Part shown: positions 25,030 through 38,200 of the stretch, one piece after another | How the letters are laid out: the number at the start of each line of letters is the position of its first letter | How positions within the stretch are numbered: position 1 is the stretch's first letter | NCBI GenBank assembly: GCA_950097015.1 | Contig: CATNEN010000005.1 | Coordinates: 124,001-188,000, forward strand | Length of the DNA: 64,000 bases | Direction: 5' to 3' | From: Macrostomum hystrix | Lineage: Eukaryota > Animalia > Platyhelminthes | Translations under genes and position numbers: made by a program | The notes under the pieces: generated by a model | The model's database searches: none | Seen by the model: only the letters and a program-made list of their open reading frames with translations | Told to the model about the DNA's origin: nothing

Positions 25030-25310
25030 CAGAGGCAGATTTAGGGGGGGGGGGGCGGGGGGCAGTCGCCCCCCCCCCCAAAATTTTAATCATGGGAATA
25101 AGATGCCCCCACCAGGGGCGCCAGTCGCAGCACTGGCGCCCCTTTTCGGCCGCTGGCGCCCCTTTTTCAGCCGCTGGCTCCCGTTTTTCAGCTGCTGGCG
25201 CCCTTTCTTGGGTCCTGGCGCCCTTTTTCGGCTGCTGGCACCCCCTCTGTGATTCTCATGGCGCTCCCCTGACAGACCGCCCCAAAACAAAATTCCTGGA
25301 TCTGCCACTG
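25030..25310. mobile_element. hAT-type MITE, 281 bp, with 8-bp target-site duplication
   Basis: Imperfect TIRs CAGAGGCAGATTTAGG ... CCTGGATCTGCCACTG; exact flanking direct repeat ACTGTATA at 25022-25029 and 25311-25318; internal G-run/C-run hairpin and GGCGCCC(T)n subrepeats. Confidence 0.85.
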
Positions 25311-26994
25311 ACTGTATAGAGGAGTGGCTAAGAGACATGTTTCTAAAGAAGTAATCAAGAGGGTGCTGTTTGGATAAACTTTTCACTTATTTTTTACTTA
25401 AAACGCCCTTAAACAAACTCTTCACTTTTCATTAATGCAGTAAATAAATAAATGGTGACCTTCACTATAAAGTTAATACAGAGACGTGAATTGCTTACTG
25501 CTTTGCTTTAAATTTCTGCCCCAAAAACAACAGGCAAAAAAAGCTAGTCAAATTATAAAGGAACTATATAATGACATCCAACTAGATTAATCTAACTAGA
25601 TTTACACATGAAAAAAGGACGGAATTTAAAACATATGAAGCACTAGAAGTTCCAGGGCACCATTTCTTGTTAATTGTTTACTATATAGCCACAAAAAATT
25701 ACACGTAAGGCACATCATTGAAATGGCATACAATAGGAACCTACATGACAGCAAGTTACAAATAATAACAAATGCAAAGCAGTTAAACACAAAAGCCTAT
25801 ATATCATGGCTGTTTATGTTTGAAAAAATTAAGCTTAAAAATTATAGTCTTTTTGTTTTAAATAGGTTTGCAATAGACCTGTTGTCTTTTTTGGATACTA
25901 TATAAAAAAGTTTTATACACCTTGCACTAGACTACTTGATTGATTACTTGGTTCTCATTTTGATTTACCAAGTGTTGCAGTATTTCAAGAAGTAGGAGTT
26001 TGTTGATGAAGAGTCTCAATACCACAGTCTTGTACACTTGTTGCTCACCCTTCCTAGTCTGACTGAGTCAAGAGATAAACCAAGATAACCAAAAGACTAA
26101 CTCAGAAATTTCATTAGGAAAAAGAATAAGGATCCTGTCTTGGAACTCTCTTGTTGCAGTAATAGATAAGAAGAATCATTCGACTCCATTGAAAGAGGCA
26201 AAATTTGGCATGCATTTCGAAGTAAATGTACACTCTGGAAATGTACATGCATACTTTTGATGTACCTTCCACTCTGTTAGGCATGTACCTGTTCTATATT
26301 CCCATTCTCCTCTACCTCCCTTTCTCTCTCTTTTGAGAAGAATGAGGACCCTTTTTATAGAGCCCTGTCTCCTTGCACAAAATAGATAAAATGAGCTTGG
26401 AAAATACAGCTTTCCAGTCTAGATGCTTATCATTACAGTCCATGGACTTGCATTAAATTAGCAGTGTTGTACTTGTGACATTATTTCTTATGTTGAGGAT
26501 TATATTTCTAGGCTACATTTTTGTCACATTTTTCAATTTGAGAAATATATTCCATCATTAATATTGGCTTAAACAAAAATAAATACTAGAGAGACAAAAA
26601 TCTTATCAGCTCTATTCAAACTGCTGTCTTTACTTTATTATTTATTGAAAAGTATATAACAAAAATAAACCTAAATTCTTACTTCTAAAATTTAATGATA
26701 ATTACTTTGCGACTTCAAGAATGTGTCTATCTGTACTGAGTTGGAAGCATGTTGCAAAGAGCAGAATGGCATAATACAACGTGTTAATATTTTATCACAC
26801 TTTCTTCAAAATAGCAACTCATAAAATGTCAACTTGCCAACTATATCCTAGAAATATTTTATAAGCAATTATACTAATTTTCAGCTGCAACAAACTGACA
26901 GTCCTAATGGCTTGACAGGGCAAAAGCAAAGCCAACTAGAATCAGTAATTAAACCTGAAAGCTTTAAAATAAAGTCAATTTTCAACTAGTTCAA

Positions 26995-29900
26995 ATGCAG
27001 CATCCGAGCTATCAACAGCAGCCGCCGCCTATGCCACCTCAGGCATCGATGCCGCCGCAGCAGCGCTATCCAGTTCCTCCTACTCCGCAGCCTCAGCCTC
27101 CGACATGGCAGCAGCAGCAGCAGCCACTCTACAATCAGCCTCCTCCAATATTACACCCGGCTGCTAATCAACCGCCGACTTCGCTTCAGCAACCGCTTCA
27201 ACAGCCGCCCCAGCCTCCGCTGCCACCCATGCAGCAACAGCAGCAGCAGCAGCAGCCACTCTATAATCAGCCTCCTCGAATATTACACCCGGCTGCTAAT
27301 CAACCGACGACTTCGCTTCAGCAACCGCTTCAACAGCCGCCCCAGCCTCCGCTGCCACTCATGCAGCAACAGCAGCAGCAGCCACTCTATAATCAGCCTC
27401 CTCGAATATTACACCCGGTTGCTAATCAACCGCCGACTTCGCTTCAGCAACCGCTTCATCAGTCGCCCCAGCCTCCGCTGCCACACATGCAGCAACAGCA
27501 GCAGCAGCAGCAGCAGCCAGACACAGGCCTTCCATTGCCATACGGTGGCCATGCAACCTATTCTCATCAGGTCAAAGCGCCCGCTCTAATGTCCAGCCAC
27601 AATTCTGAGATTAGTTTGCACAGGATGGACATCTCTAACAGGCCGTCGCCTGTACCGTTAGCCGCTATGGAAGCTTTGGAAGGCGGCGGTCCCAGCACAA
27701 TGCCTCCTCAGCCGCAGCAGCAGCAGCAACAACAGCCTAATCAGCATTATCATCCGGGCTTGCCAAATGGTTCAAACGGCGCCACTAATGCTAGCATTGT
27801 TCCTAATAATTTTCCGACTCAATTGCCGCAGCAGCCTCTGCAGCAGCAGCTTCAGCAGCAGACTCCAAGTGTGTGGCCACCGCCTGCCCGCCCACAGTCA
27901 GCGATTCGTCCCCCGCAGCCGCCAGCTGCTTTTGGACCACCTCGACCGCCGCAGCCGCCAATAACGACTTCGGCTAGCTCAATAATGCGGCCGCCGATGC
28001 CTCCTTATCAGCCTGTACCGCCTCCGCCTAATGCCAACTTTCAGCAGCAGCAACAACAACAGCTGCAACCGCCGATGTTGCGACCTCCGGCGCCACCGCA
28101 GCCACCTGGTAAAAAATCTCGCTTTTTAAGAAATGTAAAACTTTTCTTTTTGTTAAGTATGCCTGTTTGCCAGGAGTTAAAACTTCAAACTTCTGACTAA
28201 TAGGTAGTGAACAGAGGAGAGATTATAGGCGGGTGTGATGACACAGTAGAGAGATGAGACACGGGAGAGATGAGACATGGAAGAGATGAGACATAAAAGA
28301 GATAAGACATGGAGGAGATGAGACACGGGAGAGATGAGACATGGAAGAGATGAGACAAGAAAGAGATGAGGCATGGAATAGATGAGACATGGAAGAGATG
28401 AGACAAGAAAGAGATGAGACATGGAAGAGATGAGACATGGAAGAGATTAGACATGGGAGAGATGAGACAAGAAAGAGATGAGACACGGGAGAGATGAGAC
28501 ATGGAAGAGATGAGACAAGAAAGAGATGAGACATGGAATAGATGAGACATGGAATAGATGAGACATGGAAGAGATGAGACAAGAAAGAGATGAGGCATGG
28601 AATAGATGAGACATGGGAGAGATAAGAGAGATGAGATACGGGAGTGATAAGACATGGGAGGGATGAGACAGGGTGAGAGATAAAACACTAGATGGAAGAG
28701 ATACGGGAGACAAACTACATGCAAGGGATGAGACAGGGGAGAGATGAGAGCGGAGAGATAGGATTGAGAGGTGTATAAGGCTGCCAGCGAAGGGTCTATT
28801 TGGTCCGTTGGCCTGAGATTTCTGACCCGAGACTTAGGTTCAGAAAAGCCACCGACAATCTCGCAGGTCAACCCAGCTACAGCGGAGGCATTCCGCCAAC
28901 GGCTCGACTAGACGGTTCGCTTCGCTCCTCTCAGGATGGCACAGGCCAGAGGCACATCAATCTGCTGCAGGATAGGCAGCTATTGTCGCCAACCGAGGGT
29001 ATCGAAGTTCTAAAACCATCCGTTAAGCATTATCCCAGCGATGCCAACTGTGATCCCGAAGTGATGTGCTGCACACTGAATGTCGTTCCGAGCACATCTT
29101 CGCTGCTTCAAAAGGCTCGCCTACCACTCGGCCTGCTGCTGCATCCGTTCAAAGATTTGCGCAATCTTCCAGTTATTCAGGCCAGCGTTATTGTTCGCTG
29201 CAGATCCTGTCGCACCTATATTAATCCGTTTGTACAATTGATTGATCAGCGCAGATGGCGATGCAACGTCTGCTTTAGGACCAACGATTTGCCTGACGAA
29301 TTTCAATATGATCCGGTTAGCAAGGTTAGATACTGACTGCTTATTTGGCTGGAAATATAATGTCTGTTAAAAAACTATTCACCCAGTTATTAAATTATCT
29401 CTTCCCTTTGCAAATTATCCTTTCTCAGATTACAGATGATCCCCAACCTGACAAATTATCCCCCACAGCTGACAAATTATTCCCCACAGCTGACAAATGA
29501 TTCCCGACAGCTGACAGATGATCCCCCACAGCTGACAGCCCGCTAGAAAATTTGGATGTTTCTTTGGGTGATTCCAGTTGGAATCTGCGGTGTTTCCAGA
29601 AAAAAAACTGCCAAACGCTGGAAACAGACCAATCGGATGATTCCATGCTTGGAATCTACCCAACTGGCGGTTTCTCGGTGCTTCTTGGTGGCGAAATGGA
29701 ATCACCCAAAGAATCATCCAGTTCGTGATATTCCACGCTCAGAAACCGCCGAGGAATCGACCGTAAATAATTCTCTGGTTGTCCCATGGGCCACTGGTTC
29801 GGGTGATTTTTCGGCGGTTTCCGCACCCTTTACGATCACATCGGCTGCTTCCTGGGTGGTTTCTTTAACTCATGCGAGATAGGGGGGATTTTGGTAGATT

Positions 29901-32900
29901 CCACTCCTATTTTGCACAAAAAACCCGCCGAAGAAGCAGCCGAATTTTTTACAAGGAGATAATCCCCCACAGCTGACAAATTATCCCCCACAGCTGACTA
30001 ATGATCCCCCACAGCTGACAAATTATCCCCCACAGCTGACTAATGATCCCCCACAGCTGACTAATGATCCCCCACAGCTGACAGATAATCCCCCACAGCT
30101 GACAAATTATCCCCCACAGCTGACTAATGATCCCCCACAGCTGACTAATGATCCCCCACAGCTGACAGATAATCCCCCACAGCTGACAAATTATCCCCCC
30201 CACAGCTGACTAATGATCCCCCACAGCTGACAGATAATCCCCCACAGCTGACAAATTATCCCCCCACAGCTGACTAATGATCCCCCACAGCTGACAGATA
30301 ATCCCCCACAGCTGACTAATGATCCCCCACAGCTGACAGATAATCCCCCACAGCTGACAAATTATCCCCCCACAGCTGACTAATGATCCCCCACAGCTGA
30401 CAGATAATCCCCCACAGCTGACAAATTATCCCCCCACAGCTGACAAATTATCCCCCCACAGCTGACTAATGATCTCCCACAGCTGACTAATGATCCCCCA
30501 CAGCTGACAGATAATCCCCCACAGCTGACAAATTATCCCCCCACAGCTGACAAATTATCCCCCCACAGCTGACTAATGATCCTCCACAGCTGACTAATGA
30601 TCCCCCTCAGCTGACAGATAATCCCCCACAGCTGACAAATTATCCCCCCACAGCTGACTAATGATCTCCAACCTGACAAATTATCCCCCACAGCTGACTA
30701 ATTATATCGCACAGCAAACAAATGATCCCCTAAAGCTTATGCAATGAAACCAAAACTTATCATCGGTTTCAACAATCTTTCTCGCAGGTCTACGGCGAAC
30801 CATCCCGACGCCCGGAGGTCCGTTCGGCCACGGTGGAATTCATAGCGCCTCAGGAGTACACAGTGCGGCCGCCTCCGCCAGCAACCTACGTGATGCTGTT
30901 CGATGTGTCTCTTGGTGCCGCTTATCTGTCCACCGTCTGTCAGGTGTTGCTGCGCTCGCTAGATCGATTGCCTGGCGACTCCAGGACCCAGTTGGCTATC
31001 ATGACCTTCAATAGTTTCCTGCATCTGTACCAACTAGACGGGCCCAGGCCTCGAATGCTGGTGCTGCCAGATCTTGACGAAGCTTCGCCGCCGCTACACG
31101 ACGGCCTACTGGTGACAGTGTCGGAATGCCGTGATGCTATTGTTGAACTATTGGAGACTTTGCCATTGCAAGAATTCCCAGAGGCTCCAGGATCTTGTCT
31201 GGGCATGGCTTTGCAGATGGCTTATAAACTGGCTCAGGTTTGTGCTTTCTTCGACTTTATGATCAATCGTTTATGACCGATTTAAGTTTTCCGATGACCA
31301 AATTTTCGAGTCTCGAATAACCAAAATTCTCACAATATTGTTGGTCCCCATTGTATAAATTCTTATTACTCAAACGGAAAATTTCATCGGTTCTCAAAAG
31401 ACCTAAACCCTCTATATTCCAATGACCAATATTCTTTGTTTACAAATGACCGAAAATTCTACGTTTTCTTATAGCCGAAATTCTTTGTTCTTTAACGACC
31501 GAAGTTATTGTTCTTTAATGACCGAATTATCGCTTGTCCAATGACCCAATTCTCGCTTGTCCAATGACCGAATTCTCGCTTGTCCAATGTCCAAATTCTC
31601 GGTTGTCCAATATGACCAAATTCTCGCATGTCCAATGACCCAATTCTCGGTTGTCCAATGACCCAATTCTCGGTTGTCTAATGACCCAATTCTCGGTTGT
31701 CCAATGACCGAATTCTCGCTTGTCCAATGTCCAAATTCTCGGTTGTCCAATGACCCAATTCTCGCTTGTCCAATGTCTAAATTCTCGGTTGTCCAATAAC
31801 TCAATTCTCGCTTGTCCAATGTCCAAATTCTCGGTTGTCCAATGACCCAATTCTCGCTTGTCCAATGACCCAATTCTCGCTTGTCAAATGTCCAAATTCT
31901 CGGTTGTCCAATGACCAAATTCTCGGTTGTCCAATGACCAAATTCTCGGTTGTCCAATGACCAAATTCTCGTTTGTCCAATGACCTAATTCTCGGTTGTC
32001 CAATGACCCAATTCTCGCTTGTCCAATGTCCAAATTCTCGGTTGTCCAATGACCCAATTCTCGCTTGTCCAATGACCCAATTCTCGCTTGTCCAATGTCC
32101 AAATTCTCGGTTGTCCAATAACCAAATTCTCGCTTGTCCAATGTCCAAATTCTCGGTTGTCCAATGACCCAATTCTCGGTTGTCCAATGACCCAATTCTC
32201 GGTTGTCCAATGACCCAATTCTCGGTTGTCCAATGACCGAATTCTCGCTTGTCCAATGTCCAAATTCTCGGTTGTCCAATGACCCAATTCTCGCTTGTCC
32301 AATGTCTAAATTCTCGGTTGTCCAATAACCCAATTCTCGCTTGTCCAATGTCCAAATTCTCGGTTGTCCAATGACCCAATTCTCGCTTGTCCAATGACCC
32401 AATTCTCGCTTGTCAAATGTCCAAATTCTCGGTTGTCCAATGACCAAATTCTCGGTTGTCCAATGACCAAATTCTCGGTTGTCCAATGACCAAATTCTCG
32501 TTTGTCCAATGACCTAATTCTCGGTTGTCCAATGACCCAATTCTCGCTTGTCCAATGTCCAAATTCTCGGTTGTCCAATGACCCAATTCTCGCTTGTCCA
32601 ATGACCCAATTCTCGCTTGTCCAATGTCCAAATTCTCGGTTGTCCAATAACCAAATTCTCGCTTGTCCAATGTCCAAATTCTCGGTTGTCCAATGACCCA
32701 ATTCTCGCTTGTCCAATGTCCAAATTCTCGGTTGTCCAATAACCAAATTCTCGCTTGTCCAATGTCCAAATTCTCGGTTGTCCAATGACCCAATTCTCGC
32801 TTGTCCAATGTCCAAATTCTCGGTTGTCCAATGACCCAATTCTCGCTTGTCCAATGTCCAAATTCTCGGTTGTCCAATGACCCAATTCTCGCTTGTCCAA

Positions 32901-35227
32901 TGTCCAAATTCTCGGTTGTCCAATGACCCAATTCTCGCTTGTCCAATGACCCAATTCTCGCTTGTCCAATGTCCAAATTCTCGGTTGTCCAATGACCAAA
33001 TTCTCGGTTGTCCAATGACCAAATTCTCGGTTGTCCAATGACCAAATTCTCGGTTGTCCAATGACCGATTTCTCGGTTGTCCAGTGACCCAATTCTCGGT
33101 TGCCCAATGACCGAATTCTTGGTTGTCCAATGTCCAAATTCTCGGTTGTCCAATGACCCAATTCTCGCTTGTCCAATGTCCAAATTCTCGGTTGTCCAAT
33201 AACCCAATTCTCGCTTGTCCAATGACCCAATTCTCGGTTGTCCAATGACCCAATTCTCGGTTGTCCAATGACCGAATTCTCGCATGTCCAATGACCCAAT
33301 TCTCGCATGTCCAATGACCGAATTCTCGCATGTCCAATGACCCAATTCTCGCATGTCCAATGACCCAATTCTCGCATGTCCAATGACCCAATTCTCGCAT
33401 GTCCAATGACCCAATTCTCGGTTGTCCAATGACCCAATTCTCGCTTGTTCAATGACCCAATTCTCGGTTGTCCAATATGACCGAATTCTCGCTTGTCCAA
33501 TGACTAATTTGTCGCTTGTCCGATGACCAAAATCGATTCTCAAATGACCAAAATTGTAAAATTGTGGGTTGACCAATAAATATAATTCTCAGTCCAATCC
33601 AATCACTAAAGTAGTATTTAGAAGTCGGTAAATTAAAAAACGTGTATTAAGTTGTCGTGTGTATTATAGTCATGATTGTTATTGCCAACTCCCCGCCTAA
33701 ACCTTTGAACCGCAGTCCTACGGCGGTCGCATCACTGCATTCGTAGCCAGCCTACCAAATCTCGGTCCGGGCGCTTTACAAAATCGCGACGATCCGTCGG
33801 CTCGGGCTGGCAAACCCGGCGCCGGTATTCTACAGCCTGGCACTGATTTTTATAAACGCCTAGCATTAGACTGCTGCGGTGTACAGTTAGGCATCGATCT
33901 ATTTTGTCTGGCTCCGCAGCCTGTTGATCTGCCCTCTCTATTACCGGCTAGCTTATTCTCGTCCGGCGATTTTTTCCATTATCCGGACATGTCCGAACGG
34001 CCCGACGAGGAGCGGGCTAGATTATCGACGGATTTCAATCGCTACATAACTAGAAAGATTGGTTTCGAAGCTGTTATGCGACTGAGATGCACCAAAGGGT
34101 TGAGCATATCCGCTTTTCACGGCTCTTGCTTTGTACGCTCAACGGATTTGTTGTCATTGCCAACGGTGAATCCGGACGCCGGATTTGGCATCCAGCTGAC
34201 ACTGGAGGATAGTCTGACCGATGTTCAACTGGCTGTATGTCAGGCTGCCCTGCTATACACCTCGGCTAAAGGCGAGAGGCGAATACGGGTGCACACTCTG
34301 GCCGTACCCGTCACCAGTCGATTGGAGGACGTGTTTAGAGGGGCCGATCAACGAGCGGTGCGTTTGTTTTCTATTTTTAGTTATTAGTTCACGAAGGTGA
34401 GGGTCTAGATCCCCAAGGTAAAGAGTACAGGATCTTCAAATTAAGTAAACAGAATCCAAAAACTGAATTCAAAAGATTCCCAAACTGAGGAATTCAAATG
34501 CCCCAATTGAGGAATCAAAATCCCCAAACGGAGGAATCCAAATCCCCAAACTGAGTAATCCAAATCCCCAAACTGACGGATCCAAATCCCCAAACGGAGG
34601 AATCCAAATCCCCAAACTGAGTAATCCAAATCCCCAAACTGAGTAATCCAAATCCCCAAACTGAGTTATCCAAATCCCCAAACTGAGTAATCCAAATCCC
34701 CAAACTGAGTAATCCAAATCCCCAAACTGAGTTATCCAAATCCAATAATTGATGTATTTAAATCCTCAAACTGAAGTGAAATGATTCCCCAAATTGAGGA
34801 ATCAGATATTATGGAATTTGTGGCATTCGCATGAGATAATATTCACTTGAAACACGCGCACAAAACAGATTGCCGGACTCCTAGCCCTGATGGCCACGGA
34901 TCGCACCATCAACAGCAGCCTAACAGACGCACGCGAGGCCTTAATAAACGCTGTAGCCGATCTGTTAACAGCCTACGGAAATTGTACTTTAACATCCGGG
35001 CAGCGTATTGGCAGCCTATGCGTACCTTATCATCTGCGCATGCTACCAGCGCTGGTGCTGTCACTCATGAAGTGTCCAGCCTTCAGGTTGGGTGTTAGCA
35101 CTAGGCTAGATGAGCGGGCCGGTGCTCTAGCCGCTATGAAGCTGACACCGTTGAGATTTCTTCTGCTTCGAGCTTATCCTGATTTGTATGCCCTGCATCC
35201 GACGGCTTGGCCGGCGCCGGATCCTCA

Positions 35228-35258
<31 letters not shown>

Positions 35259-38200
35259 GTTGATCAGGAGAAGAAAAATCCATCGGTTTCAGATGAAGAA
35301 ATCGACGAGCCGCCAAGGCTGCATTTGAGTGCGCAGTTTTTAGAGCGCGGCGGACTCTACCTGTTGGACGCTGGTAGGGAACTGCTCCTGTTCGTGTTCT
35401 CTGGCCTGCCGCAGTACGTTTATCAACAGTTGCTAGGCGTTGACTCCCTGCAGCAGGTTAGGATTCGTTGAATGCTCTTCTTTTCTGCGTTAATTATAAT
35501 CCTGTAAATCCCCTATAATAGTTTCTATTCCCGTGACTAATCTTCCCATTTAACAGTTTCTATTCCCGTGTCGAATTATCCCATATAATAGTTTCTATTC
35601 CCGTGACTAATCTTCCCATTTAACAGTTTCTATTCCCGTGTCGAATTATCCCATATAATAGTTTCTAATCCCGTGACTAATTATCCCATATAATAGTTTC
35701 TATTTCCGTGACGAATTATCCCATATAATAGTTTCTATTCCCGTGACGAATTATCCCATATAATAGTTTCTATTTCCGTGACTAATTATCCCATATAATA
35801 GTTTCTAATTCCGTGACTAATTATCCCATATAATAGTTTCTATTCCCGTGACTAATTATCCCATATAATAGTTTCTATTCCCGTGACTAATTATCCCATA
35901 TAATTGTTTCTATTCCCGTGACTAATTATCCCATATAATTGTTTCTATTCCCGTGATTAATTATCCCATATAATAGTTTCTATTCCCGTGTCGAATTATC
36001 CCATATAATAGTTTCTATTCCCGTGACTAATTATCCCATATAATAGTTTCTATTCCCGTGACGAATTATCCCATATAATAGTTTATATTCCCGTGACTAA
36101 TTATCCCATTTAATAGTATCTATTCCCGTGACTAATTATCCCATATAATAGTTTCTATTCCCGTGACGAATTATCCCATATAATAGTTTCTATTCCCGTG
36201 ACTAATTATCCCATATAATTGTTTCTATTCCCGTGACTAATTATCCCATATAATAGTTTCTATTCCCGTGACTAATTATCCCATATAATAGTTTCTATTT
36301 CCGTGACGAATTATCCCATATAATAGTTTCTATTCCCGTGACGAATTATCCCATATAATAGTTTCTATTCCCGTGACTAATTATCCCATATAATTGTTTC
36401 TATTCCCGTGACTAATTATCCCATATAATAGTTTCTATTCCCGTGACTAATTATCCCATATAATAGTTTCTATTTCCGTGACTAATTATCCCATATAATA
36501 GTTTCTATTCCCGTGACGAATTATCCCATATAATAGTTTCTATTTCCGTGACTAATTATCCCATATAATAGTTTCTAATTCCGTGACTAATTATCCCATA
36601 TAATAGTTTCTATTCCCGTGACTAATTATCCCATATAATAGTTTCTATTCCCGTGACTAATTATCCCATATAATTGTTTCTATTCCCGTGACTAATTATC
36701 CCATATAATTGTTTCTATTCCCGTGATTAATTATCCCATATAATAGTTTCTATTCCCGTGTCGAATTATCCCATATAATAGTTTCTATTCCCGTGACTAA
36801 TTATCCCATATAATAGTTTCTATTCCCGTGACGAATTATCCCATATAATAGTTTATATTCCCGTGACTAATTATCCCATTTAATAGTATCTATTCCCGTG
36901 ACTAATTATCCCATATAATAGTTTCTATTCCCGTGACGAATTATCCCATATAATAGTTTCTATTCCCGTGACTAATTATCCCATATAATTGTTTCTATTC
37001 CCGTGACTAATTATCCCATATAATAGTTTCTATTCCCGTGACTAATTATCCCATATAATAGTTTCTATTTCCGTGACGAATTATCCCATATAATAGTTTC
37101 TATTCCCGTGACGAATTATCCCATATAATAGTTTCTATTCCCGTGACTAATTATCCCATTTAACAGTTTCTATTCCCGTGTCGAATTATCCCATATAATA
37201 GTTTCTATTCCCGTGACTAATTATCCCATATAATAGTTTCTATTCCCGTGACTAATTGTCCCATATAATAGTTTCTATTCCCGTGACTAATTATCCCATA
37301 TAATAGTTTCTAATCCCGTGACTAATTATCCCATATAATAGTTTCTATTCCCGTGTCGAATTATCCCATATAATAGTTTCTAATCCCGTGACTAATTATC
37401 CCATATAATAGTTTCTATTCCTGTGACGAATTATCCCATATAATAGTTTCTATTCCCGTGACTAATTATCCCATATAATAGTTTCTAATCCCGTGACTAA
37501 TTATCCCATATAATAGTTTCTATTCCCGTGACTAATTATCCCATATAATAGTTTCTATTCCCGTGACTAATTATCCCATATAATAGTTTCTATTTCCGTG
37601 GCTAATTATCCCATATAATAGTTTCTATTCCCGTGACTAATCTTCCCATATAATAGTTTCTAATCCCGTGACTAATTATCCCATATAATAGTTTCTATTC
37701 CCGTGACTAATTATCCCATATAATAGTTTCTAATCCCGTGTCAAATTATCCCATAAAATAGTTTCTAATCCCGTGACTAATTATCCCATATAATAGTTTC
37801 TAATCCCGTGTCAAATTATCGCATAAAATAGTTCATATTCACGAGACTAATTATCCCTATAAAGGTTTCATTTGCCGTGACTAATTATCCCATAAAATAG
37901 TTCATATTCACGAGACTAATTATCCCTATAAAAGTTTCATTTGCCGTGATTAATTATCCCCTGCAAGTAATTTCTTATCGAGTGACTCTTTTTACGACTG
38001 TTTAGTTTGTAATCCTGCAAAAACTTATCCCCAGGATTGGAGTTTTTGGTCTTCTCAATTCAAATCCCCTGTAGACAACTTCATATCCTCCCCGTGAACA
38101 ATGATCCCCACAGCAACATTATGTTATAAAGAATCCATCAACAAACATTGCCTTAGGTTCGCGACGGTCAGCTAGGTCTACCCGAGCTAGACAATCCGCT

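Noticed and set aside
25514-25548. Helitron 3' end at TGCC..GGCA..CTAG|T
   Set aside because: The stem is only about 4 bp with a long loop; too weak to call without other copies.
31505-33576. Up to 387-aa ELGHWTTENWVIGQPRIGSLDN repeat proteins on the minus strand
   Set aside because: The 23-bp unit has no stop in any minus frame, so all three frames are open; the region is SEC24 intron 3.
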